From Gemmatimonadota bacterium (GTDB lineage: Bacteria; Gemmatimonadota; Gemmatimonadetes; Gemmatimonadales; GWC2-71-9): a stretch of DNA of 64,000 nt. The position numbers and the translations under genes are program-made. The DNA lies in contig QKDC01000094.1 of NCBI GenBank assembly GCA_003246755.1, positions 11,139 to 75,138 on the forward strand, read 5' to 3'. Shown here in pieces: positions 36,179 to 45,320 of this stretch. Under the pieces are notes generated by a model. That model did not search any database and was not told the DNA's origin. It saw only the letters and a list, made by a program, of their open reading frames with translations. Numbering within the stretch: the first letter of the stretch is position 1; the number at the start of each line of letters is the position of its first letter.

Positions 36179-37426
36179 ATGACCCTCTTCGAGATGATCG
36201 CGGGCATCGTCACCCTCGCCGGTGTCTTTGGCTGGCTCAACTACCGATTCCTGCGGTTGCCACCGACCATCGGCCTGATGATCATCGCCATGGCCTTCTC
36301 GTTGGCCCTCGTGGGTCTGGCCCAAACGGGGATCGGATGGATCGATCCGTTCAAGGCCTTCGTCCGTGAAGTCGACTTCGACGCCGCTCTGCTCCGTGGG
36401 ATGCTCGGTGCCCTTCTCTTTGCCGGAGCGCTCCACGTGAATATCGACGACCTCGCGGAGCAGAAGGGCGTCGTTGGCGTCCTCGCGACGGTCGGGATTC
36501 TCGTGTCGACCGTCCTCGTTGGCGCCGGCTCGTGGTACCTGTTCAGCTGGCTCGACGTCGGTATCCCTTTCGTGTGGTGTCTCCTTTTCGGGGCTTTGAT
36601 CTCCCCGACCGACCCGATTGCGGTGGGAGCAATCCTGAAACGGGTCGGCGTGCCTCACTCGCTCGAAACCAAGATCGCGGGTGAGTCCCTGTTCAACGAC
36701 GGTGTGGGCGTCGTGGTCTTCCTCGCCATCGCAGGGCTGGCCACCGGTGGCCATGAGCCGACTCCGTCTGCTGTGGGACAACTCCTCTTGTTCGAAGTGG
36801 GTGGCGGGCTGCTATACGGAGGGCTGTTGGGTTGGATCGTCTACCGGATGCTACGCAGCGTCGATAACTACCAGGTGGAGATCCTCCTCACTCTCGCCTT
36901 GGTCACCGGTGGGTATGCTCTCGCCAATCACCTTCACCTTTCGGGACCCCTCGCCATGGTGGTTGCGGGCCTCTTGATCGGAAACCGAGGTCGGCGGTTC
37001 GCCATGTCCGACAACACGCGAGAGCGGCTCGATGCCTTTTGGGAATTGGTGGACGAAATGTTGAACGCGGCGCTGTTCGTCTTGATCGGAATCGACGTCC
37101 TCATCATCGACACCTCGCCGAGCCTGCTATTGGCCGCAGCCCTCGCGATCCCCCTCGTGCTCCTGGCACGCTGGGTGAGCGTTGGAGTTCTCGTGCGTCT
37201 TCTTGGTCGGGTTCGGCAATTCTCCCCACACGCCGTGAAGATCCTCACTTGGGGTGGGCTCCGTGGTGGAATCTCAGTCGCGCTGGCGCTGTCTCTACCG
37301 GCGGGTGCCGAGCGGGGCACTTTGGTGACCGTGACCTATGTGGTCGTGTGTTTCTCAATCATCGTCCAAGGTCTCAGCATCGGCCCGGTGGTCAAACGCC
37401 TCCTGGCTCAACCTCGCCCCTCATGA
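36179..37426 (+). CDS. cation:proton antiporter (CPA1 / NhaP-type Na+/H+ exchanger)
   Basis: About 12 TM segments. FGALISPTDPIAV and ESLFNDGVGVVVF motifs typical of NhaP. Confidence 0.85.
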   Translation: MTLFEMIAGIVTLAGVFGWLNYRFLRLPPTIGLMIIAMAFSLALVGLAQTGIGWIDPFKAFVREVDFDAALLRGMLGALLFAGALHVNIDDLAEQKGVVGVLATVGILVSTVLVGAGSWYLFSWLDVGIPFVWCLLFGALISPTDPIAVGAILKRVGVPHSLETKIAGESLFNDGVGVVVFLAIAGLATGGHEPTPSAVGQLLLFEVGGGLLYGGLLGWIVYRMLRSVDNYQVEILLTLALVTGGYALANHLHLSGPLAMVVAGLLIGNRGRRFAMSDNTRERLDAFWELVDEMLNAALFVLIGIDVLIIDTSPSLLLAAALAIPLVLLARWVSVGVLVRLLGRVRQFSPHAVKILTWGGLRGGISVALALSLPAGAERGTLVTVTYVVVCFSIIVQGLSIGPVVKRLLAQPRPS

Positions 37427-37449
37427 CCCTCGTTTTACCGGGAAACACC

Positions 37450-38010
37450 ATGCCCCAGACTCCGTTTCTTCGTGTCGGTCTTTTTCTCGCTCTGCTCGGC
37501 TGGCTTGTGACCGGTTGTGGGGGAACGCGTCGCGTCTTCACCCACTACGACCCCGCGGCGGCCTCCCTGGCATCGGGATACCGGACGTTCGATTGGATGA
37601 CCCCCCCGGGGGGTGAGGACCTTCGTCCAGGGGCCGCCGACCTGGCCGCAGACGTCATGCGGATCACCGACGCCGCACTCGCCGCGAAGGGCTACAACCG
37701 GCTCGATGCAGCCCCTGAGTTTCACATGGGCTGGCACTATGTGACAGAGCCGACCCATGTCACCACGATCAACTCTTACTACGAGTACACCTGGGGTCGG
37801 TGGTTCCCGGGTGGGGGTGTCTCTTACGGGGCGGGCTATCGATCGGAGTTCCCTGCCGGGACGTTCATCCTCGACGCGGTCGACGCCGCGACGCGAGAAC
37901 TCATCTGGCGTGGGTTCGCTCAGGTCACCTCGATCGATGACCCCTTGAAGCGGGACGAGGAACTCACCACTGTGATTGCGCGAATGCTGCTTCGGTTCCC
38001 CCGCCCCTGA
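37450..38010 (+). CDS. lipoprotein (DUF4136-like)
   Basis: Lipobox LLGWLVTGCGG. Size and aromatic-rich pattern resemble DUF4136. The long ORF-track N-terminal extension (37039) is rejected. Confidence 0.55.
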   Translation: MPQTPFLRVGLFLALLGWLVTGCGGTRRVFTHYDPAAASLASGYRTFDWMTPPGGEDLRPGAADLAADVMRITDAALAAKGYNRLDAAPEFHMGWHYVTEPTHVTTINSYYEYTWGRWFPGGGVSYGAGYRSEFPAGTFILDAVDAATRELIWRGFAQVTSIDDPLKRDEELTTVIARMLLRFPRP

Positions 38011-38013
38011 GTC

Positions 38014-39270
38014 CTAGTCGAGGTCCTGACCCTTCGTCTCTGGAAGCAGCAGCATCAGGATGCCCGCCCCGATGAAGAAGAGTGCCGTCGTCCCCAGGGC
38101 GGGACCCAAGCCATGTACATCGGCAATCGCCCCAATGGTCATCGGGGCAAGGGCGGAGACAGCACGCCCAGAGTTGTAGCAGAGCCCCTGGGCGGTCGCC
38201 CTGATTGCCGTCGGGTACAGCTCCGCCAACATCGATCCGAAGACACTGAAGTACCCATGGCCGAAGAACCCAATCGCCGGACCGAGGAGCATCAACACCG
38301 CGGGCCGAGTGGCGGCAGCGCCGTACAGAGGCACCAGGGCCGCAGCGCTCAAGACGAAAATCAGGAACACCGGTCGCCGCCCGAACCGATCGGCCAGGAA
38401 GCCGAACGAGAGGTAGCCTCCCAACGCCCCGATCTGCATCGGGATGATCCAACCAGTTGATCTGACGACCCCCATCCCGGCACCCCCCTGGTCGACCGGC
38501 GCCGCAAGGAATGACGGCACCCAGGTGAAAAGCCCCCAGTAGGCAAACATGAGGAAGGTGGCGATGCCGGTAGCGACGAGGGTCCTGCGGAGCAGTGCGC
38601 CGCGGAACATCTCGCGAATTCCTCGGAACGGGCTGGAGGTGGGCTCTCCACGACGCCATTGCGCGGGCTCCGGGACGTGCCGTCGGATCCAAAAGGCGAG
38701 GAGTGCGGGGAGAACGCCCGCCAGGAACAGGGGGCGCCACCCGAACCTCGGCATCACCAGGGCCGCCAGACCCGCGGCGAGCATGTAACCCACAGCCCAC
38801 CCCGACTGCATGATGCCGATGGCCTTCCCGCGGTGAGCGGTCGGCCAGGTCTCGGCCACGAGCACAGACCCAGCGGACCACTCACCACCGAGCCCGATCC
38901 CGACCAGCGTACGCCAGAGCACCAACGCGAGCACACTGCCCGCCGTGGCGGTGAGTGCCGTACAGAGCGAGTAGACGAGAATCGCCACCTGGAGCATTCT
39001 TGCCCGCCCATAACGGTCGGCCAGGATGCCGAACCCGATCCCCCCGAACGCTGAACTGAGGAGGGTGACCGACGCGAGCGCTCCAGCCTGTGCCCCTGAG
39101 AGCCCGAACTCGTCTCGAATGGCACCCAGGGCGAAGGCGTAGAGCATGACATCCATCGCGTCCAGCATCCAACCAGACCCGGAGGCAATCAGCGCCTTCC
39201 ATTCGGGCGGACCCACATCCCGCCACCATGGGGTGGCCCGTCCGGGAGGCGCCGCCGTCATCTGTTCCAC
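38014..39270 (-). CDS. MFS transporter
   Basis: 12-TM pattern. GILADRYGRARML (MFS loop 2-3 motif) and LADRFGRRPVF in the second half. Confidence 0.85.
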   Translation of the reverse strand: MEQMTAAPPGRATPWWRDVGPPEWKALIASGSGWMLDAMDVMLYAFALGAIRDEFGLSGAQAGALASVTLLSSAFGGIGFGILADRYGRARMLQVAILVYSLCTALTATAGSVLALVLWRTLVGIGLGGEWSAGSVLVAETWPTAHRGKAIGIMQSGWAVGYMLAAGLAALVMPRFGWRPLFLAGVLPALLAFWIRRHVPEPAQWRRGEPTSSPFRGIREMFRGALLRRTLVATGIATFLMFAYWGLFTWVPSFLAAPVDQGGAGMGVVRSTGWIIPMQIGALGGYLSFGFLADRFGRRPVFLIFVLSAAALVPLYGAAATRPAVLMLLGPAIGFFGHGYFSVFGSMLAELYPTAIRATAQGLCYNSGRAVSALAPMTIGAIADVHGLGPALGTTALFFIGAGILMLLLPETKGQDLD

Positions 39271-39308
39271 AGATCCTTCTCGGTTGCTAACACCTCACCC
39301 GTCCTGTT

Positions 39309-40406
39309 TTGTTTTGTGCTGTGAACGCGACCCGTTCCACCCCGGATTCCGCCACGCACCCCGCGATCATCGCGCCGTGGATCGACACACTCGCCGTGGG
39401 CGGCCTCTCCCTCCTGGTATTTGTCCCACTCCTCCTGAGTGGCCGTCACGACCTTCTGCTGGTTGGCATAGGGGTTCAGGCTCTGCTGGGGACGATGCTC
39501 AATATGCCCCACTTCCTTGCTTCGTACAGGATGATCTACCGGTCGAAGGAGATCATGCTGCGCCACAAGTGGGCCTCGATCTACATCCCCCTGCTGCTGT
39601 TCTTCTATATCATCGTGGCGATCTGGCAAGCCCAGTACTCCCCAGCACTCGTGTCGCTCCTGATGATGGTCTCGAGCGGTTACCTCGCCTGGCACTACAC
39701 CGGGCAGGCGTGGGGCATGATGGCCACCTTCGCCTACCTGGAAGGAGTGCCCTTCCTACCGGAGGAACGACGCCTCGTGCGAGGAAGTCTCCGGATCCTG
39801 CTGGTGTGGCACGTCACGTGGTTCTTGCACACCGCCGAACTCCCGTTCGATCTCGCGAACATCTACACGGCGATGAGCGTGGCCAGTGTCGGTGCCTTCG
39901 TGCTCGGCGCCGTGGGTCTGGCCCGCATGCGCCAACGAACCGGGCGACTTCCCCCACTCCGTTCGCTGGTTGCCTGGCTGGCCATCTTCTCCTGGTACGC
40001 CGTCATCGCCCGGGAGCCCAGGGCCATCTTCCTCGTTCAAATTGCCCACGCCGTGCAGTATCTCATCTTTCCGGTTCGCGTGGAGATCAACGTGACCGCA
40101 CGCGCAGAGGAGGGACGGGCTCCACATCTCGTTCGCCATATGCTTCTCTACGGCATCCTGCTCCTTGGCGCCAGCTACCTGATGTCCAATCAGATCCCGG
40201 GGACGGCAATGGCCTTCGTGGCCAAAGCCCTTGGGGAGCAACCGGGTGAAGTTGTGCCCATCATGATCTTTGCGTTCCTCAACATCCATCACTATTTCAC
40301 CGATGGGGTGATGTGGAAGCTTCGAAACCCAGCCGTCAGAGAAGACCTCTTCGCGCACGTATCCGCGCCCACGGTGGCCGGTGGCCGGGAGCGCAGCAAC
40401 CGGTGA
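39309..40406 (+). CDS. polytopic membrane protein with conserved-looking His motifs, function unknown
   Basis: About 8-9 hydrophobic segments. His-containing motifs NMPHFLASY, AWHYTGQAWG, VWHVTWFLH, IAHAVQYLIFP and NIHHYFTDGVMWK. Start uncertain (TTG 39309 or GTG 39321). Confidence 0.6.
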   Translation: MFCAVNATRSTPDSATHPAIIAPWIDTLAVGGLSLLVFVPLLLSGRHDLLLVGIGVQALLGTMLNMPHFLASYRMIYRSKEIMLRHKWASIYIPLLLFFYIIVAIWQAQYSPALVSLLMMVSSGYLAWHYTGQAWGMMATFAYLEGVPFLPEERRLVRGSLRILLVWHVTWFLHTAELPFDLANIYTAMSVASVGAFVLGAVGLARMRQRTGRLPPLRSLVAWLAIFSWYAVIAREPRAIFLVQIAHAVQYLIFPVRVEINVTARAEEGRAPHLVRHMLLYGILLLGASYLMSNQIPGTAMAFVAKALGEQPGEVVPIMIFAFLNIHHYFTDGVMWKLRNPAVREDLFAHVSAPTVAGGRERSNR

Positions 40407-40413
40407 CTGCCTG

Positions 40414-40674
40414 ATGGAATTCCTCATTCCGATCGTCGTCGTGCCGTCAGCCCTGCTGTTTGTGCTGGCCATCGGCCCTTTCAGGATGCCCCTGACCCGC
40501 TGGCTCAATCGCCGAGCCGATGGCGGGGATTCACCGGAACTACGGGAGGAACTCGCGGATCAAGCCGAACGGCTGGCCGAGACCGAACACCGGCTACTCG
40601 AGTTGGAGGAGCGTCTGGATTTCACCGAACGGTTGTTGTCTACTGGGAAGGGCGAGGGGCCCGCAGGTCCCTGA
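40414..40674 (+). CDS. small membrane-anchored coiled-coil protein
   Basis: MEFLIPIVVVPSALLFVLAIGPF TM helix, then LREELADQAERLAETEHRLLELEERLDFTERLL. Its 3' end overlaps the convergent arsC by 35 nt. Confidence 0.45.
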   Translation: MEFLIPIVVVPSALLFVLAIGPFRMPLTRWLNRRADGGDSPELREELADQAERLAETEHRLLELEERLDFTERLLSTGKGEGPAGP

Positions 40675-41056
40675 CCAGTTTCTTTACCCGCCGCTCGATG
40701 TCATCCCGGACCAAGGCCACTTCGTACTCCGTCCCCTCCCTCGGATCGGGGAGATCCCAATCGAACTGTCCACGGCTCGGGACCCAGGGACAGACATCAC
40801 CACAGCCCATCGTCACGACGTAGTCCCACGGACCGGAGCCGACTTCATCCAGACTCTTTGGACGATGACTCGTCAGGTCGTAGCCCACCGCCGCCATTGC
40901 CGTGATGGCCTTGGGTCCCACCTCGGATGCGGGCCGTGAACCCGCACTTGAGGGCAGGAGTACTCCTTCCCCGTGAATGCGAGCAAACGCCTCCGCCATC
41001 TGACTTCGATTGGCGTTTTCGATACAGAGAAAAAGGACTCGGACCGGCTCGGGCAT
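40640..41056 (-). CDS. arsC: arsenate reductase, LMW-PTPase/thioredoxin-coupled type
   Basis: CX5R loop VLFLCIENANRSQMAEAF plus the downstream Cys pair MGCGDVCP, as in Bacillus/Staphylococcus ArsC. Start set at MPEPVRV. Confidence 0.85.
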   Translation of the reverse strand: MPEPVRVLFLCIENANRSQMAEAFARIHGEGVLLPSSAGSRPASEVGPKAITAMAAVGYDLTSHRPKSLDEVGSGPWDYVVTMGCGDVCPWVPSRGQFDWDLPDPREGTEYEVALVRDDIERRVKKLVRDLRAPRPSQ

Positions 41057-41189
41057 CTTGGCGGGGTCCACGGCTGAAGTCGGCCGGTACCGAAGTGGCA
41101 CGGCAAGGACCATCCCTGGTTTGCAATCTATCGGCTCGCGTCCACCGACCGAATAGTTCTAGATTCCCCGCCCTCTCAACACGATCATC

Positions 41190-42599
41190 GTGAACGAATC
41201 CACCGCTGCGCCCCAAACTGGTTTCTGGTCCTCCGTCCGCGAGGCGGTGCGCGGGTCACGTCAGGATTACACCGAAGGACCAATCGGTCGAGCCATTCTC
41301 CTGCTCGCCGTCCCGATGGTGCTCGAGATGGTCATGGAGTCGCTCTTCGCGGTCGTCGATGTGTTCTTCGTCTCGAAGTTGGGGGCATCGGCGGTCGCGA
41401 CGGTGGGGCTCACCGAGTCAATGCTTGCCCTGATCTACACCGTCGCGATGGGACTCAGCATCGGAGTCACGGCCATGGTGGCCCGGCGTACCGGCGAACG
41501 TGATCCCGACCGCGCTGCCGTCACCGCCGTCCAGGCCATCGCTCTCGGTGTGCTCGTCGCCGCCCTACTCGGCGGTCCGGGAGCATTCTTCGCCGGTGAC
41601 CTCCTCCGGATCATGGGAGCTACTCCTGATGTCGTCACCCAGGGCAGCACGTTCACCAGAATCATGCTGGGTGGGAACGTGGTCATCATGTTGCTGTTCT
41701 TGATCAATGCGATCTTCAGAGGTGCCGGGGACGCTGCGATCGCGATGCGGGTCCTGTGGCTCTCCAACGGTCTCAACATCATTCTCGATCCGATCTTCAT
41801 TTTCGGTCTCGGACCGGTGCCTGCGCTGGGAGTGACCGGTGCCGCGGTTGCTACGACAATAGGACGAGGGACGGGAGTGCTCTTCCAGTTCTATGCGCTT
41901 GCCCGGCGATCGGAGCGAGTCAAAATCACCCGCCGCCACCGGCGGCTCTCACCTGCGACCATGCTCCAATTGGTCAAGCTCTCCGGGACGGGGACCTTCC
42001 AGGTGTTGGTCGGCACGGCAAGCTGGATAGGACTCGTGCGCGTGCTGGCGACCTTTGGAAGCGAGGCACTCGCAGGGTACACAATCGCGATTCGCATCAT
42101 CCTCTTTGCGCTGCTACCCGCCTGGGGGTTGAGTAACGCCGCCGCAACGATGGTGGGCCAAGGCCTGGGTGCCCAGAAGCCGGAGCGTGCCGAACGAGCC
42201 GTCTGGCAAGCCGGCCGGTACAACCTGGTCTTCCTAGGCCTGTCAGGCGTGTTTTTCTTCCTGTGCGCCGGTCCCATCGTGCAGTTGTTCACGTCCGAAC
42301 CCGTCGTCTCGGAATATGCCCGGCGTGGACTTCAGATCGTCAGTCTCGGCTTTCCGTTCTACGCCTACGGAATGGTGCTGACTCAGTCGTTCAACGGTGC
42401 CGGAGACACGTGGACTCCGACCCTGATCAACCTCTTCTGCTTCTGGTGCTGGGAGTTGCCGATCGCGTTCCTGCTCTCGGTGACCCTTGGAATCGGACCG
42501 TTGGGAGTTTTCGTCGCCATTGCGGTCGCGTTCTCGACCCTGGCGGTGGTGAGCGCCGCGGTGTTCCGCCGTGGGAAGTGGAAAGAGCGGATTATCTAG
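41190..42599 (+). CDS. MATE family efflux transporter
   Basis: 12 TM segments. N-terminal ILLLAVPMVLEMVMESLFAVVDVFFVSKLG and an internal duplicated half, typical of NorM/DinF-type MATE proteins. Confidence 0.9.
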   Translation: MNESTAAPQTGFWSSVREAVRGSRQDYTEGPIGRAILLLAVPMVLEMVMESLFAVVDVFFVSKLGASAVATVGLTESMLALIYTVAMGLSIGVTAMVARRTGERDPDRAAVTAVQAIALGVLVAALLGGPGAFFAGDLLRIMGATPDVVTQGSTFTRIMLGGNVVIMLLFLINAIFRGAGDAAIAMRVLWLSNGLNIILDPIFIFGLGPVPALGVTGAAVATTIGRGTGVLFQFYALARRSERVKITRRHRRLSPATMLQLVKLSGTGTFQVLVGTASWIGLVRVLATFGSEALAGYTIAIRIILFALLPAWGLSNAAATMVGQGLGAQKPERAERAVWQAGRYNLVFLGLSGVFFFLCAGPIVQLFTSEPVVSEYARRGLQIVSLGFPFYAYGMVLTQSFNGAGDTWTPTLINLFCFWCWELPIAFLLSVTLGIGPLGVFVAIAVAFSTLAVVSAAVFRRGKWKERII

Positions 42600-43342
42600 C
42601 CTCTCACCCGGCGGGCCGCGAGTCGTGGGGCCAGCCGGTTGAGGACGTCGAGGCGAACGGTATCGCCGAGTTTGAGAACCTCACGTCCCTCGAGAACGGC
42701 TTCGATCACTGCCGCCGCGACATGCTCCGGCAAGAGTCTTCCTTGCCACCGCCCTGCGGTCATGGCGGTGTCAACCAGTGGGGGCATGACATCGAGAACG
42801 GCAACCCGCGATTTAGCGTCTTCGAGCTGATAACGGAGAGACCGACTAAAACTGTGAACCGCGGCCTTGCTCGCGCAATAGACCGGGGCGCTTGCCTTGG
42901 GTGTGATGGCGAGAGACGATGACATGTTGACGATCACGGCCTCAGGGGCCTGGAGGAGCTGGGGCATCAGGAGCGCCGTGAGTTTCACCATTCCACCGAA
43001 ATTCACCGACAGTTCGTGGTCGACTTTTGCAAGGATGTCCTCGGCGGGGGCTTCAGGAAATCGGTACTGATACTGGATACCGGCGTTGTTCACGAGAATC
43101 GACAACCCACCCAGGCGCTCCGAAACCTCCGAGCAGAGCCTGCGCAAGTCGTCCGTGCGTCCGACATCGGCTACGAAGGTCTGAAGCCCAGGATTCTCCG
43201 CGGCGACGGTCTTCAGACGATCCGCGTCGCGTGCGCAAATCCCCACCCGGGCACCGTGGGCCTGCAGGGCCCTGGCCAACGCAAGCCCGATACCCGCGCT
43301 TCCGCCTGTTACCAATGCGTCCTGTCCGGCAATCGACTTCAT
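42596..43342 (-). CDS. short-chain dehydrogenase/reductase (SDR)
   Basis: TGGSAGIGLALA (TGxxxGxG), NNAG, and YCASKAA (YxxxK). GGAGG RBS, and ATGA overlap with the permease stop. The 496-aa ORF-track version is an artefactual extension. Confidence 0.9.
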   Translation of the reverse strand: MKSIAGQDALVTGGSAGIGLALARALQAHGARVGICARDADRLKTVAAENPGLQTFVADVGRTDDLRRLCSEVSERLGGLSILVNNAGIQYQYRFPEAPAEDILAKVDHELSVNFGGMVKLTALLMPQLLQAPEAVIVNMSSSLAITPKASAPVYCASKAAVHSFSRSLRYQLEDAKSRVAVLDVMPPLVDTAMTAGRWQGRLLPEHVAAAVIEAVLEGREVLKLGDTVRLDVLNRLAPRLAARRVRG

Positions 43343-44268
43343 GATTGTCCTCCGACGAGAGGCCGACCCAGTGCCGTGGGGATTCGAGCCTGCCCCATGC
43401 CCCCGGAGAGCGCGACCAGCGCCAGGAGATAGGGGAGGACGAGGAAGAGTTGATAGGGCACTCCGAGCCCCATGGCCTGAAACAGGAACTGGAGGGCGGT
43501 GGCCGCCCCGAACAGCAAGGCCGCTCCCAGTACCCCAACCGGATGCCAGCGTCCCAGCACCACTATCGCGATGGCAATGAACCCCCTCCCGGCCGTCATC
43601 TCCTCCGCAAAGGTGCCGACCTGGGCAAGCACCAGGGTTCCGCCTGCGAGCCCCGCCAACGCGCCACCGAGGAGCACGGCGGCAGCCCGGATTCCGATCA
43701 CCCGGACCCCGGAGGCAGCGGCCGCTTCCGGATCTTCTCCTGCAGCCCGGAGCGCCAGTCCCCAACGCGTCTTGAAGAGGAGCAACCAGCAGAGCGGAAC
43801 CGCCGCCCACGAGAGGTAGACCAGGACGGATTGACCGAATAGGGCCGGGCCTACGACGGGGATCCGATTCAAGACCGGTACGACGAGGGGCTTGAACGTG
43901 GGAAGGGTGAGTCCTGCGCCTCCAACGCCAAAGGCATGGCGGTAGACGACTCCGGTCAGGCCGACGGCGGCCATCGTGATCGCCGTCCCGGTGATGATCT
44001 GATCCGCCTGGAATCGGACCGAGACGATGACGAACACCAGCGTCAGCAGGACTCCCGCGAGCAGGGCGACACCGACGCCTCCCCACACCCCGGCACTCGA
44101 TGCCCCCAGTGCGGCACCCAATGCACCGGCCAGCATCGCACCCTCGATTCCCAGGTTGATGATCCCTCCCCGCTCCGCCAGCATCTCACCCAGCGCGGCC
44201 AGTAACAGTGGAGTTGCTACCCGCACGCTCGCCTCGAGGAACCCTTGGGCCAAGATCGGGTCCATCAC
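43339..44268 (-). CDS. ABC transporter permease (BMP/nucleoside-sugar type)
   Basis: Polytopic. ERGGIINLGIEGAMLAGA is typical of BPD_transp_2 permeases. Confidence 0.85.
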   Translation of the reverse strand: MMDPILAQGFLEASVRVATPLLLAALGEMLAERGGIINLGIEGAMLAGALGAALGASSAGVWGGVGVALLAGVLLTLVFVIVSVRFQADQIITGTAITMAAVGLTGVVYRHAFGVGGAGLTLPTFKPLVVPVLNRIPVVGPALFGQSVLVYLSWAAVPLCWLLLFKTRWGLALRAAGEDPEAAAASGVRVIGIRAAAVLLGGALAGLAGGTLVLAQVGTFAEEMTAGRGFIAIAIVVLGRWHPVGVLGAALLFGAATALQFLFQAMGLGVPYQLFLVLPYLLALVALSGGMGQARIPTALGRPLVGGQS

Positions 44269-45320
44269 TCGACCTCGATCACTTCGGGAGCAACCGTGAG
44301 CGTCCGTCGCCGTCGTGCTGCCACGTCTCCGAGGAGAATGACGATGATGACGGTCGCCTGTACGATCGAAACGGCCACCGACGGAATTCCGGCGTCACGC
44401 TGCATTGCTGAGGCCCCCGCCTCGAGTGCGCCGAACAGCAATCCCGTTCCCACGATGCCGATCGGATCGCCACGCGCGAGGAGCGCCACGGCAATGGCCG
44501 TGAACCCATAGCCCGGGGAGAGGTTCTGGAAGAGGGCATGAGTGACGCCGCCAACTTCGATCGCGCCCCCAAGCCCGGCTATCGCCCCGGAGATGAGGAG
44601 CGCCCCCGCTAGGAGCCTGGCACTCGGGATGCGGCCGCTCATCCAGGCCGCTCGCGGTCCCGCACCCACCGCCTTGAGTTTGAATCCCCACACCGACCGG
44701 GCAAAGATCAGTGCTCCCACCCCGGCCAACACGAGACCCACGGCAAACCCGAGATGAAGCCGCGTCCCACCGAGCAGGGGTAGTTGGGCCGCCAGTGCGA
44801 GAGGGTCGCTTTGCGGGTAGACTCTCGACACCTCCTGGAGCGGACCCTGTACCATGTAGCTCACGACCGCCTCAGCCACGAAATTGAGAAGCAGAGTCGT
44901 GATGACCTCCAGCACCCCCAAACGCAGCTTGAGCAGAACCGGAACCAGGACCCAGAGCGCACCAGCGAGGATTCCGGCAGCCCAGACGGCGGGGACGGCA
45001 AGGAGAGGGTGCCACGCCCCCACCCGCACACCGACCCAGGTGGCTGCAATCGCACCGGCCAGGAACTGGCCTTCCATTCCGATGTTCAACGCCCCACCCC
45101 TGAACGCGAGGGCAAATCCCAACCCGAGGATGATCAGCGGGGTCGCACGGACGAGCGTGGCCGAGGTGAGCGCATACCAGGAGCCGAACGCACCAGACCA
45201 AAGGGCGCGGAGTCCGGCTGAGGGGTCGTAATCCAGTCCCCACAGGAGCAGGGACAGGGCGGCAAGGCCAAGCGCCAAGGGTAAGAGGAATCCCACCCCA
45301 AACTGCCGAAGTCGATTCAC
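44265..45320 (-). CDS. ABC transporter permease (BMP/nucleoside-sugar type)
   Basis: Polytopic. FRGGALNIGMEGQFLAGA motif. 4-nt overlaps on both sides. Confidence 0.85.
   Translation of the reverse strand: MNRLRQFGVGFLLPLALGLAALSLLLWGLDYDPSAGLRALWSGAFGSWYALTSATLVRATPLIILGLGFALAFRGGALNIGMEGQFLAGAIAATWVGVRVGAWHPLLAVPAVWAAGILAGALWVLVPVLLKLRLGVLEVITTLLLNFVAEAVVSYMVQGPLQEVSRVYPQSDPLALAAQLPLLGGTRLHLGFAVGLVLAGVGALIFARSVWGFKLKAVGAGPRAAWMSGRIPSARLLAGALLISGAIAGLGGAIEVGGVTHALFQNLSPGYGFTAIAVALLARGDPIGIVGTGLLFGALEAGASAMQRDAGIPSVAVSIVQATVIIVILLGDVAARRRRTLTVAPEVIEVE

Noticed and set aside
35720-36781. 353-aa minus-strand ORF spanning the GGT2/NhaP divergent region
   Set aside because: It crosses an intergenic promoter region, is antisense to a clean 12-TM antiporter, and has a low-complexity charged translation.
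37603-37615. CCCCCCCGGGGGG palindrome inside the DUF4136-like gene
   Set aside because: It encodes TPPGG in frame, has no loop to form a stable hairpin, and is most simply a product of Pro/Gly codon usage in a GC-rich genome.
43343-44086. N-terminal 247-aa extension of the SDR ORF (the ORF track gives 496 aa)
   Set aside because: The extension overlaps the ABC permease gene in another frame and is Arg/Gly/Pro-rich. A GGAGG-ATG start at 43342 gives a normal ~249-aa SDR beginning just before the TGxxxGxG motif.
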